This document shows positions 27,201-35,340 of a stretch of DNA of 64,000 nt, in pieces. Under the pieces are notes generated by a model that made no database searches, had not been told where the DNA came from, and worked only from the letters and a program-made list of their open reading frames with translations. Both the position numbers and the translations under genes were made by a program. The first letter of the stretch is position 1. Each line of letters starts with the position of its first letter. Where the stretch lies: contig NZ_WJIE01000009.1 of the NCBI RefSeq assembly GCF_009649845.1, forward strand, positions 224,685 to 288,684, given 5' to 3'. The stretch comes from Polyangium spumosum. Lineage in GTDB: Bacteria; Myxococcota_A; Polyangia; Polyangiales; Polyangiaceae.

Positions 27201-29835
27201 TGGGGCCGGTCGTGACGTCGCAGGCGCTGATCGGGTGGTCCTCGACGACGTTGTTCTCGCGGCGGATGCGGCGCGAGAATTCGACGTGGACCGGGAGCGC
27301 GCGTCGCTCTCCTTTCGGCGTCACCACGAGGACCCGGGGCGCGAGTTTGTCCCCCGGCTTCAGCCAGTATCGCTCCTCCTCGGCGAGCGCGACGAGCACG
27401 TCGGCGGGGTAGACCGTGGCGCTCGCCTCGGCATATCGGCTCTCCCGGTTGAGGTCCATGATCTCGACCTTGCAGGCGACCGACTCGACCGTCGTTTGGC
27501 CGGGCAATACGGCGGGGACCCCGAGCGAGAAGGCGCCCTTCCCGTCGAGCTTGCCCGTGCCCTGCGCGATCTGCGCCTCGGACACCCGCAGGTCGTGCTC
27601 GCTGAACACGTGATCGTCGAGGCCGGGGACCTGGGCCTCGGCCGAGCGGCGGGTCACGACGAAGGAGGCGCGGCCGCCGGCCATCGGGGCGCCGTAGAGC
27701 ATCTCGCCCCGCGCGGTGCAGGTCATCCGTTCACCAGGCTCGTAGACCGGTTTGTCGAGGCGCACGTCGGCCTTGCTCTCGACGGGGCGGTAATGGTCCA
27801 CCGAGAAGCCCCAGTAGATCTTCTCGCCGTCGAGCTCGACCTCGACTCGATAACGCCCGAGCGGGGCCTCCTCGGCGAGGGGCACGAGCGTGGAGAACGT
27901 GCCGAAGCGCGAGAGCACGTGCCGCGAGGTGGTGATAGGGCGGCGCTCGGGATCGAGGACCCGGAGCGTGATCTCGCGGCCGCTCGGCGTCATGAGGCCC
28001 GCCGTGACGGGGACGCGGAGGATCCCTTTGAGCTCCACGCGTTCGCCGGGCCGATAGATTCCGCGGGCGGAGAAGACGCGGCCGACGGGCTCGGGCGCGG
28101 GCGGGGCTTCGAGGGTCTGGTACATCCAATCGTCGCCGCTCCGCGCGACGAGGGCGAGCGTGCCCGAGGGTCGCCCCGCCGCTCGAGGGGGCAGGCGCAA
28201 GGGAATGGCCGCCAGGCCTTTTTCGTCCACCTCGGCCGCGCCGAGGAGCGCGGGCGCGCCGCCGCGAGGCACGTGGTGGATCTCGACCCGCGCGCCTCTC
28301 GAGGGCGACGCATTCGAGAGGCGCGTGAGCCAGACGAGCGCCTCGTCCGGGGCGATCTTCGTCAGCGGTCCGAGGTCTGTCAATTGCATTTCCCGCGTGA
28401 TCGTCCGGGGCGCCGCGCCGGGCGCGTCGCGATACGTGGCGCGGGCGAGCACGGGGCCGCTCTTCACGCCCGGGGGCAAGAGGTCCTCGACGACGAGGCG
28501 CGACCAATGGTCTTCGTTGCGTTTGCCCGCGGGGACCACGAAGCTCAGGGGAGCCGAGGGCGGCGGGAGCGGGATTTCATTGCCGGCGAGCCGCGCGAGG
28601 ACCCCGCTCGGGTCGAGGGGGACCATCGAGATCGACGTATCGATCGCGTTCGTCACGCCGATCGGCAAGACGCGTTTTTCGGGGATCCAGTACGTGCCCG
28701 TGGCGCCGAAGACGACCTCGGCGGGCAGATCGCCGAAACGGACCTCGCGCCGCTCGTCGCGGAGGGGCTGGCCGTGGATGTCCTGGGAGGCGCGGCCGGA
28801 GGCGCGGGCGCGGAGCTCGACACGATAGGTTTGTCCGGGATCGAAGTCGGCGTGCACCTGAAAGCTGCGGCTCGCGTCGCCGTCCTCGTAGGAGCCGTGG
28901 ACGGAGAGCGAGTCGGGGCGGGGATCGATGACGAGGGCGCGCTCGAGGACCTCGTCGGGCATGGGCGTCGCGAACGTGAGGGTGAGCGCGCGTTCGGTCG
29001 GATCGCAGCGGCCTTTTTCGACGGGGTGGGGGGGACAAACCAAAGAGGCGAGGCCGGCGGGGCCCAGGGTGCGGAATCGAATCTCCTCGGCCTTGCCCGC
29101 GGAGAGCTCACCCTCGGCGCCGCGGAGCGAGGCGTCGACGCGGACGCGGACGTCGGCGTCGCGCGGGAGCGGGGCGCGCGGGGAGAGGACGGCGCGATGG
29201 TCCTTCATCTCGGCGATCGAATACGCGACGGGGCGGCCTTTCGCCTCGATCGTGACGGCGCGCGAGAGCTCCGCGGCGCTGACGGGCTGCGTGAAAAACA
29301 GGGTGATCGTGGCGTCCGGGCGGATGCCGGTCGCGCCCTCGGCGGGCTCGCTGCCGGAGAGGGAGGGCCTCGGGGTCGAAAAAGAAAAGGCAAAGGGCTC
29401 GTCGAGGAGGCTGCCGTCGAGCGCGCGGGTGCCCGCGGGGACCTCGACACGAAAGGGCGTGGCGTGAGGCAATGGTTTTGCCGGGACGAACCGAAGCGCG
29501 GTCGAGCCGATCCAGGAGAAGGCCCCGGGGATCGCGGGGGTGAGGCGGACGGGGGCCTCGGGGGCGCGAGGATCCGATCCGAGCGCGCGTAGGGGTTTGT
29601 TGAAGACGATCGTGATCTCGGGGCGCTCGCCGGCCTCGCCGTTCGGGCCGGCGAAGACGACGCGCAGCGGGCCGGCCTCGGGCGCGCGCGGGGCGAGGGC
29701 CGGGCGAGGGGCGAGCTCGCCGCGGACGGGCGCCGAGGGCGGCCTGGGGGGGCGCGCGCCGGGCAAACAGGCCGCCGAGGCAGCGGCGAGGGCGACGAGC
29801 ACGGCGGCGGCAGGCGAGGGGCGACGCAGACGCAT
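24250..29835 (-). CDS. bacterial alpha-2-macroglobulin family lipoprotein (1861 aa, thioester-containing)
   Basis: Lipobox LAAASAACLPG. The thioester motif EYPHGCTEQTVSRMVPLLAL (CxEQ) lies in the TED region. The size and layout of the MG domains match the YfhM/ECAM class. An internal poly-Pro linker is present (APPPPPPPPPPPPPPPEP). Confidence 0.9.
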   Translation of the reverse strand: MRLRRPSPAAAVLVALAAASAACLPGARPPRPPSAPVRGELAPRPALAPRAPEAGPLRVVFAGPNGEAGERPEITIVFNKPLRALGSDPRAPEAPVRLTPAIPGAFSWIGSTALRFVPAKPLPHATPFRVEVPAGTRALDGSLLDEPFAFSFSTPRPSLSGSEPAEGATGIRPDATITLFFTQPVSAAELSRAVTIEAKGRPVAYSIAEMKDHRAVLSPRAPLPRDADVRVRVDASLRGAEGELSAGKAEEIRFRTLGPAGLASLVCPPHPVEKGRCDPTERALTLTFATPMPDEVLERALVIDPRPDSLSVHGSYEDGDASRSFQVHADFDPGQTYRVELRARASGRASQDIHGQPLRDERREVRFGDLPAEVVFGATGTYWIPEKRVLPIGVTNAIDTSISMVPLDPSGVLARLAGNEIPLPPPSAPLSFVVPAGKRNEDHWSRLVVEDLLPPGVKSGPVLARATYRDAPGAAPRTITREMQLTDLGPLTKIAPDEALVWLTRLSNASPSRGARVEIHHVPRGGAPALLGAAEVDEKGLAAIPLRLPPRAAGRPSGTLALVARSGDDWMYQTLEAPPAPEPVGRVFSARGIYRPGERVELKGILRVPVTAGLMTPSGREITLRVLDPERRPITTSRHVLSRFGTFSTLVPLAEEAPLGRYRVEVELDGEKIYWGFSVDHYRPVESKADVRLDKPVYEPGERMTCTARGEMLYGAPMAGGRASFVVTRRSAEAQVPGLDDHVFSEHDLRVSEAQIAQGTGKLDGKGAFSLGVPAVLPGQTTVESVACKVEIMDLNRESRYAEASATVYPADVLVALAEEERYWLKPGDKLAPRVLVVTPKGERRALPVHVEFSRRIRRENNVVEDHPISACDVTTGPTPVSCEFQVPTLGVGADDEVELIVRATTRDGKGRRAAASYSIRLEPTTTPAPSAPPPPPPPPPPPPPPPEPLPPELVLRLERSDYRVGQTARFVVESPHSKPSPALFTMEREGLLYQRVVTLEPHGKKTTVEVPITFSMMPNADVTVTTLSGPRSESQRASIEVSARSRMLDVEVRPSKLHAAPGETLDVEVVAKDAAGKPVRAEITLWAADEGSLLLTWYRTPEPHAALYSTRYPSVWTKDARHDLLRTFSGGHRAKPPQVRMGATSVAPHRGDFRQTVFFLPDLVTDAAGRVKRRVTLPDGLTAYRFMAVAVTEDDRTGSDDETVVTSKPLMARPSVPAVLRAGDRFEASVVLSALDLPRGSAVVTANAVGLTPAGPMRREATVDPEEPAVLRFPFRAERAGEAHLSFEARLKESGRPETDGVDLKRDISVPTTLETAALTGETSAAVAERLGDLAGIRADTGGLSISLASTPLSGLAGGIEQLVEYPHGCTEQTVSRMVPLLALRDLADSLGVPLVPGQPGPQKGSEVDAALRGAVDRLLTHQQKDGSFGLWPGSAEGDPYITAYALWGLDEARRRGLPVPEATLDRAARSLANALAAPFAAANPSSLERSAFALDVLAMARRPDEPRMRALFDERARMSPFARALLLHAFAVSGHGGEDAARELLRDLETNMRIDGPAAHLVAASERPSPFRDFDSGVRTDAAGLLAIVATNPAHPLAARLARGIVDARAGGAYRTTHEAGWALLALDAFRKKNPAPADPVQARVFLGDTLLADARLGGESGKLRRTAFVSMSDLLRSRGAPLTFEATSRGHLHYEAVLRYAREDMPREPLDAGFYVTKSFRPVADLGGPVLAPLSGEPAFDPGQVVLCEIEVVTPAPRRFVVLEDPVPGGLEPLRLARDVGGPWLAKLEATPAERREMRDDRVVYFIDALPAGISRYRYLARAAHVGRFVAPPTRIEEMYAPETFGRTGGSFVRVGSK

Positions 29836-29927
29836 GAGGAGGCCGGGATCGACAGGCGGGAATGTCGAAGGTTCCCCGGCTCATTCGTCTCTGGCAGGGC
29901 GGTAAAGCGCCACGCCCGACGCAGAGG

Positions 29928-30431
29928 TCATTCGTCGTCCTCTTCGTCCTCCGGCACGACCTTCCCCTCGTAGAGCGCAAAGGCGACCTCGAATCCATCG
30001 TCCTCGAACGACGTGACGACGTCGTCGAACGAGGCGTTCTCGTGATACCCGAAGCCGATCTGATCGGTCGGGCCGAGCACGGCCTGGAGCGCCTCGCTTT
30101 CGGCCGCGGCGAACGAGCGGAGGACGCCGAGCAGGGCCTCGGTGCTCGCGCGCGGCGCGGGCTTCTCGGGATGCCGCACGAAGAGCTCCATGAGGTCCGC
30201 GTCGTCCTCGATCAGGAACCAGACGGGCTTCTCGGCGTGCTTCTTGACGAGCGTGGCGTCGGCGAAGCCACGCAGATCACCGAATCGACCGAGGACGACC
30301 GTCGGGCCGAGCTCGTCGTCGTCCTCCTCTTCGTCCTCCTCGCCTTCGGCGAGCTCCTCTTCCTCGAGCGGCAGGGGCTCTGCTTGCTCGGGCGCTTGGC
30401 CTTTCGCCTTTGGGTCCCGTCGTTTGTCCAT
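29928..30431 (-). CDS. acidic hypothetical protein upstream of the A2M gene
   Basis: EEEELAEGEEDEEEDDDE, followed by a folded-looking C-terminus (VWFLIEDDADLMELFVRHPEK). It is on the same strand as A2M, 92 bp upstream of it. Confidence 0.5.
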   Translation of the reverse strand: MDKRRDPKAKGQAPEQAEPLPLEEEELAEGEEDEEEDDDELGPTVVLGRFGDLRGFADATLVKKHAEKPVWFLIEDDADLMELFVRHPEKPAPRASTEALLGVLRSFAAAESEALQAVLGPTDQIGFGYHENASFDDVVTSFEDDGFEVAFALYEGKVVPEDEEDDE

Positions 30432-30622
30432 CGTGCTCTCCGGGGGCCTCTCTCTGCGTCGACGCTCGTGACGCGTGGGTCTCCCCGATGGCAGTGTCCA
30501 TCGACACCCACGCGTGGCGTCGCTTTTTACCCCACCCCGCTCGCGTCCGCGACTAGAATGGTTCTTTGCCTCGCGCCGTCTCCTCGCTCCGCCGCGGAGG
30601 GCGTTCGCCGCGGGAGCCGCCC

Positions 30623-32011
30623 ATGCGTTTCTCGCCTCTCGCCGATCCCCGCCTCGAGATCCTGGATTTGCTCGGTCACGCCGTGTGGATCACGGTCCCG
30701 GAGGAGGTCCGCATCGCGTGGGCGAACCACGCGGCCGTGGCCCTGTGGCGCGCCGCGGATCTCGACGAGCTCATCAACCGGGACCTGACGCCGTCGCCGA
30801 CGATGCGCGCGACCGTGCAGCAGCTACGGGACCGCGTGGCGCAAGGCGAGCGCTTCGGGGCGGAGCGGACGATCTATCCGAAGGGAGAGGTCGTCCGTGT
30901 CTACATGAGTTACGCGCCATTCCCGCTGCCGGACGGCCGCGTATGGCTCCTCGTCGAGGCGACCGAGCTCCGGGACGCGCTGGACCCCGAGGTGGTGCGC
31001 GCCGCGGAGGCCGTGCGGTATGCGCCGCTCGTGGTGACGACGCACGCGCTCGATGGCTCGCTCTTGCAGGCGAATACGCGGGCGCGTGAGACGTTCGGCA
31101 ATTCGTTTTCGTTCCAGGGGATCTTCGCCGAGCCCGGAGAGGGGGCGCGCGTGCTCGCAGAGGTCGCGGGAGGCGAGCCGTTCTTCGAGGACGTGGAGGT
31201 CGTGACGACCCAGGGGCGGCGGTGGTTCTCGGTGTCGGCGCGTCCCATCCCGGATCCGGTGACGGGCAACCCCGCCATTCTGGTGAGCGCGCACGATATG
31301 ACGGCGCGTATCGAGGCGGAGCGCGCGAAGGACGAGCTCGTGAGCGTGGTGAGCCACGAGCTGCGCACGCCGCTGACGGCGATCCGGGGCGCGATCGGGC
31401 TCGTCGTGGGGGGCGTCGCGGAGGCGGAGCCGGAGCTGCGCGTCGAGCTCTTGCAGATGGCGTCGGAGAACGTGCAGCGCCTCGGGCGGCTCGTGGACGA
31501 TCTGCTCGACGTACGAAAGCTCGCGGCGGGGGGCATTTCGTTGACGATGGCGGACACGGACCTCGCGGACGTGGTGCGGGGCGCCGTGGAGGCGCACGCG
31601 CCGGTGGCCCGCGCGAAGGACATCGCCGTGGAGACGGACGTGGCCGGGCCAATGCCGGTGTTCGTCGATCCGCAACGAATTCAGCAGGTGGTGCTCAATT
31701 TCCTGTCGAACGCGATCAAGCACTCGCCGGCCGGGGAGGTCGTGCACGTCCGCGCGCGCGTGATCCCGGAGGGGTTTCGCGTGGAGGTGGCGGATCGGGG
31801 GCCCGGGGTGCCGGCGGCATTTCGCGAGAAAATATTCCGGCGGTTCTCCCAGGCGGACGCGTCGAGCACGCGGAGCGTCGGCGGGACGGGGCTCGGGCTC
31901 TACATCGCGAAGACGATCGTGGTGATGCACGGCGGCCGCCTGGGATACGAGAACCAGGAGGCGGGGGGCGCGGTGTTCTTCTTCGAATTGCCCGCGAAGG
32001 CAGGCGATTAA
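30623..32011 (+). CDS. PAS sensor histidine kinase
   Basis: Two PAS-like regions, a HisKA H-box (LVSVVSHELRTPLTAIRGAIGLV), and an HATPase_c domain (GGTGLGLYIAKTIVVMHGGRLGYENQEAGGAVFFFELP). ATG at 30623 is preferred over the TTG at 30566. Confidence 0.85.
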   Translation: MRFSPLADPRLEILDLLGHAVWITVPEEVRIAWANHAAVALWRAADLDELINRDLTPSPTMRATVQQLRDRVAQGERFGAERTIYPKGEVVRVYMSYAPFPLPDGRVWLLVEATELRDALDPEVVRAAEAVRYAPLVVTTHALDGSLLQANTRARETFGNSFSFQGIFAEPGEGARVLAEVAGGEPFFEDVEVVTTQGRRWFSVSARPIPDPVTGNPAILVSAHDMTARIEAERAKDELVSVVSHELRTPLTAIRGAIGLVVGGVAEAEPELRVELLQMASENVQRLGRLVDDLLDVRKLAAGGISLTMADTDLADVVRGAVEAHAPVARAKDIAVETDVAGPMPVFVDPQRIQQVVLNFLSNAIKHSPAGEVVHVRARVIPEGFRVEVADRGPGVPAAFREKIFRRFSQADASSTRSVGGTGLGLYIAKTIVVMHGGRLGYENQEAGGAVFFFELPAKAGD

Positions 32012-33894
32012 CGCGGGGACACGACGAGCTTCTCGGCCGGCGTTTTGTCGAGGAGCGCCTCGCGCAGGAAGGTGAGGAGGGCGCGTTTGTCGCCTTTGGA
32101 CAAACCGAGCGGGCGCACGTCGGGGTCCTGGTTCGGGACGGCGATCCCGAGGGCCTTGCCGCCGCCCTTGTCGTAGAAATCGACGACCTCCTCGAGGGTG
32201 CGGAAGGCGCCGTGGTGGAAGTAGGGGGCGGTGCGGGCGAGGTTGCGGGTCGTCGGGGTCTTGAACGCGCCCTCGTCCAGGGCGCGCCCGGTGACCGCGC
32301 CGCGGCCGCGGTCGGGGTCGAGTTTGGCGCCGCCGGGTTTGTCGGGGACGCCGAGGACGGCGAAGACGGGGACGGCGAAATCGTGAGGACGGGAGCCGCC
32401 GAAGAAAGGCGGGATGTGGCAGCGAGCGCAGCGGCCCTTGCCAGCGAAGACGTCGAGGCCGCGGCGGCTCTCGGACGAGAGCGCGGCCTCGTCGCCGCGG
32501 GCGAACCGATCGATGGGGGCGTCGCCGGGGACGAGCGCCTCGGATTGAAAAGCGGCGAGGGCGCGGCCGACGTTGTCGGCGCTCACGCCGGGGGTGGGGA
32601 GCGCCTGGAAGAGGGCGCGTAGATCGGCGGCCGATTCGATCGCAAGGGCGAGCTCGCCGGGCTCGAGCCCCATTTCGGCGCGGGCATGAATGACCCCGAG
32701 GGCCTGGCGCTCGGGCGTGAGCGCGCGGCCGTCCCAGAGCTGCGCGGCGTGCAGGGGGGCATAAAGCAAGGTGGGGGTGTGGCGGAGCGTGACGGCCGGG
32801 TCGAGCGAGGGCGGGCGGGGGAGGCCGTCCGCATAACCCCGTTCGGGGACGTGGCAGGTGGCGCAGGAACGGACGTTGTTTTTCGACAAACGTTTGTCGA
32901 AGAAGAGCTTCTTGCCCAGCGCGGCATATTCGGCCTGGCTCGCGCCGTCCTTGCGGGGGCGGCTGCGCGGGGCGGGGAGGGTGAGGGCCGAGATGGGCTC
33001 GTCCGAGCCCCCGTTCGCGGCGGGGATCCGGGCATGATAAGGCACGCGGACGGGGAGGGCGGCGGCCGAGGCGAGGCGGCGAAGGGCGACGCCGAGGCGG
33101 CCGGCGCCGAGGACGAAGCTCGCGCGGTCGTCGAGGTCGTCGGCGGTCCTGGCGGCGTCGAGGCGGGCGCGGAGGGGCCGGGCGGCTTCCTGGACGGACG
33201 CGAGGGCGGCCGCGGCCCGGGCATTTCCCGTCGTCAGGAGGGCCTCGGCGGCATTCTCGATGAAATCGAGGGTGCCGCGGAGGTCGGCGAGCACGGCGGC
33301 GGAGCTCTCGGGGACGCCCTGGATCGATTCGAGCGCGAGGGCGCCGAGGTCGTACGCGGCGAGCGAGAGGGCATGCGCGACGGCCGGAGGGGCAGGCGGG
33401 AGGCGGCGGGCCTCGCCGAGGAAGAGGCGCAAGGCGCGCTCGAGGGCGACCCTTTCGGGGCGCGCGGCGGCGGCGTCGCCGCGGACGAGGGCGGCGTCGA
33501 GGCGGAGGAGCGCGCCGCCGCCCTCGTCGATCGAGCGCGGAGGGCCGAAGACGACGTCGCCGCCGAGGCTCTCGGGCCTGCGCCAGAGCGGCGCGCCCGC
33601 GGCCAGGGCGCGGCGGAGGTCGAGGTAATGGGGATCGGAGTCGCCGCGGCCCTCGGGCATCGCGGCGGCGAGGGCTTCGAGGGCGGCGATGCCGCGGCGC
33701 GCGGGTTCTTCGACGATATGCGTGAGCGGAGAAGAGGGAGGCTCGGGCGGGAGGGCCGCGGACGCGTCGCCTTTGGCGCTCACGTCCGCGGGGCCGGGGG
33801 CCAGCGGCTCGTCCGGGCAGCCGGCGAGGAGCAGGGCTGCGAGGAGGACGAGCGCGGAGAGGTTGTCAGGGCTCGAAGATCGCCTGGCAGGCAT
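32008..33894 (-). CDS. di-haem cytochrome c peroxidase (CCP/MauG family) lipoprotein with ~300-aa N-terminal extension
   Basis: Two CxxCH haem motifs: SCATCHVPERGYADG and GRCARCHIPPFFGG. Also FKTPTTRNL, PYFHHG and FYDKGGG. Lipobox LLLAGC. Confidence 0.85.
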   Translation of the reverse strand: MPARRSSSPDNLSALVLLAALLLAGCPDEPLAPGPADVSAKGDASAALPPEPPSSPLTHIVEEPARRGIAALEALAAAMPEGRGDSDPHYLDLRRALAAGAPLWRRPESLGGDVVFGPPRSIDEGGGALLRLDAALVRGDAAAARPERVALERALRLFLGEARRLPPAPPAVAHALSLAAYDLGALALESIQGVPESSAAVLADLRGTLDFIENAAEALLTTGNARAAAALASVQEAARPLRARLDAARTADDLDDRASFVLGAGRLGVALRRLASAAALPVRVPYHARIPAANGGSDEPISALTLPAPRSRPRKDGASQAEYAALGKKLFFDKRLSKNNVRSCATCHVPERGYADGLPRPPSLDPAVTLRHTPTLLYAPLHAAQLWDGRALTPERQALGVIHARAEMGLEPGELALAIESAADLRALFQALPTPGVSADNVGRALAAFQSEALVPGDAPIDRFARGDEAALSSESRRGLDVFAGKGRCARCHIPPFFGGSRPHDFAVPVFAVLGVPDKPGGAKLDPDRGRGAVTGRALDEGAFKTPTTRNLARTAPYFHHGAFRTLEEVVDFYDKGGGKALGIAVPNQDPDVRPLGLSKGDKRALLTFLREALLDKTPAEKLVVSPR

Positions 33895-35311
33895 CGAGTT
33901 TGTCTTGGGCGACCGTGGGAATGGTGACCGCCGGCGGATCGACGTGCGGGGGATTCTCGAAATCGAACATCTCCCAGGGCGCCTCGGCGTTCGCGTCGCG
34001 GTTCGTCAGGGCCGGCATCTGGAAGCGGGCCTCGATGAAGCGGACGATCGAGGTGTGATCGTAGGTGCGGTGATCGACGAAATGTTTCTTCGCGTAGGGC
34101 GAGACGACGATGAGCGGGACGCGGACGCCGAGCGTGTCGAACCCCGCGGCGGTGTCGCCCTCCTTCAGATCCGGGGCGATGTCGTCGGGCGGGCAGGCCT
34201 TCGGGGGGACGACGTGGTCGTAGAGGCCGCCGTGCTCGTCGTACGTGATGAAGAGGGCGGAGCGCGGCCAGGCCGAGCTCTTCGCGAGGGCGTCGACGAC
34301 GGTGGCGGTGAATTGCTCGCCGAGCATGGCGATCGCGGGCGGGTGCTCGTCGTTCTGCGCGTAACCCTCCCGCGCGATGCCCGGATCGACGAACACGACC
34401 TGGGGCAGGTTGCCCGTCTCGAGGTCGTGGAAGTAATTGTCGATCGGGACGTAATGCTCGTGCTCGTCCTTGCTGTATTCGAGGTATTTCTCGACGAAGA
34501 CCGCGGCGCCGGGGGTGGTGGAGACGTAGACGCGCCAGGAGACCTGCCGCTGCTCGAGGTAATCGAAGAGGACCTTGTCGGGCGTCACGAACTGGTTGTG
34601 GACGGCGCCGAAGGAGCTCGCGGCGTAGAGGAACATGCGGTTCGGCCAGGTGGGGCCGGCGATCGAGGAGAAGTAGCGGTCCGCGATGGCGAACTCGTTC
34701 GCGAGCCAGTAATAAAACGGCAGGTCCTCCTGGGTGTAGTAGCCGAGGGCGCGGCTGCCGCTCAGCATCTCCAGGGTGCCGCCGGCCGGCTGCTCGTGGA
34801 AGCCGTGGCTTGTCTTGTAAAACCCGTCCATCTGGCCGCCGTTGATCTGCTCGTGCGTGCCGGTCCACTCGTGGTTCGTGTCCACGAAGCAGAGCTGGGT
34901 GTCGCGGAACGGGGCGACGGGGTTCCCATTCTCGTCGGGGTTCGTGTAGTTCTCGGGCGCGACGTCGACGTCGGACTGGCCAGCCTCGGGCAGCTTCTGG
35001 AAGTAATGGTCGAAGGAGCGATTCTCCAACATGAGGACCACGATGTGGTCGACGGGGATGTCAGCGCCGTAGGGGCGGGACTTCCCTTGCGTCTCGGCCG
35101 GGAGCATGCCGGCCTTGTACTCGCAGGTATCGCGCTTCGCCGCGGCCTCGTCGTCGCTCGGGGGGACGACGTCGCGGTTCCATTCGGCGGGGCCGGGGAG
35201 CGGGGGCGGCTCGGGCGGGCCTCCGTCGTCGGTCGTGCAGCCGACGAGGGCGAGGGTCGGGAGCAAAGCGAGGAGCAGAGAGCTTTCGCGGCGCATCAGC
35301 TCCATCATCAC
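33866..35311 (-). CDS. phospholipase C / acid phosphatase (phosphoesterase family) lipoprotein
   Basis: VVLMLENRSFDHYFQ, GPTWPNRMF and ITYDEHGGLYDHV are characteristic of the PlcN/AcpA phosphoesterase family. Lipobox LALVGC. Confidence 0.8.
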   Translation of the reverse strand: MMMELMRRESSLLLALLPTLALVGCTTDDGGPPEPPPLPGPAEWNRDVVPPSDDEAAAKRDTCEYKAGMLPAETQGKSRPYGADIPVDHIVVLMLENRSFDHYFQKLPEAGQSDVDVAPENYTNPDENGNPVAPFRDTQLCFVDTNHEWTGTHEQINGGQMDGFYKTSHGFHEQPAGGTLEMLSGSRALGYYTQEDLPFYYWLANEFAIADRYFSSIAGPTWPNRMFLYAASSFGAVHNQFVTPDKVLFDYLEQRQVSWRVYVSTTPGAAVFVEKYLEYSKDEHEHYVPIDNYFHDLETGNLPQVVFVDPGIAREGYAQNDEHPPAIAMLGEQFTATVVDALAKSSAWPRSALFITYDEHGGLYDHVVPPKACPPDDIAPDLKEGDTAAGFDTLGVRVPLIVVSPYAKKHFVDHRTYDHTSIVRFIEARFQMPALTNRDANAEAPWEMFDFENPPHVDPPAVTIPTVAQDKLDACQAIFEP

Positions 35312-35340
35312 CCGCAGCGCCCTCGATGGCTACGAGAAAA

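Noticed and set aside
24352-29592. Plus-strand ORFs 24352..25461 and 27235..29592 (785 aa) inside the A2M gene
   Set aside because: They are antisense shadows. The A2M frame is continuous over 1861 aa with thioester and lipobox.
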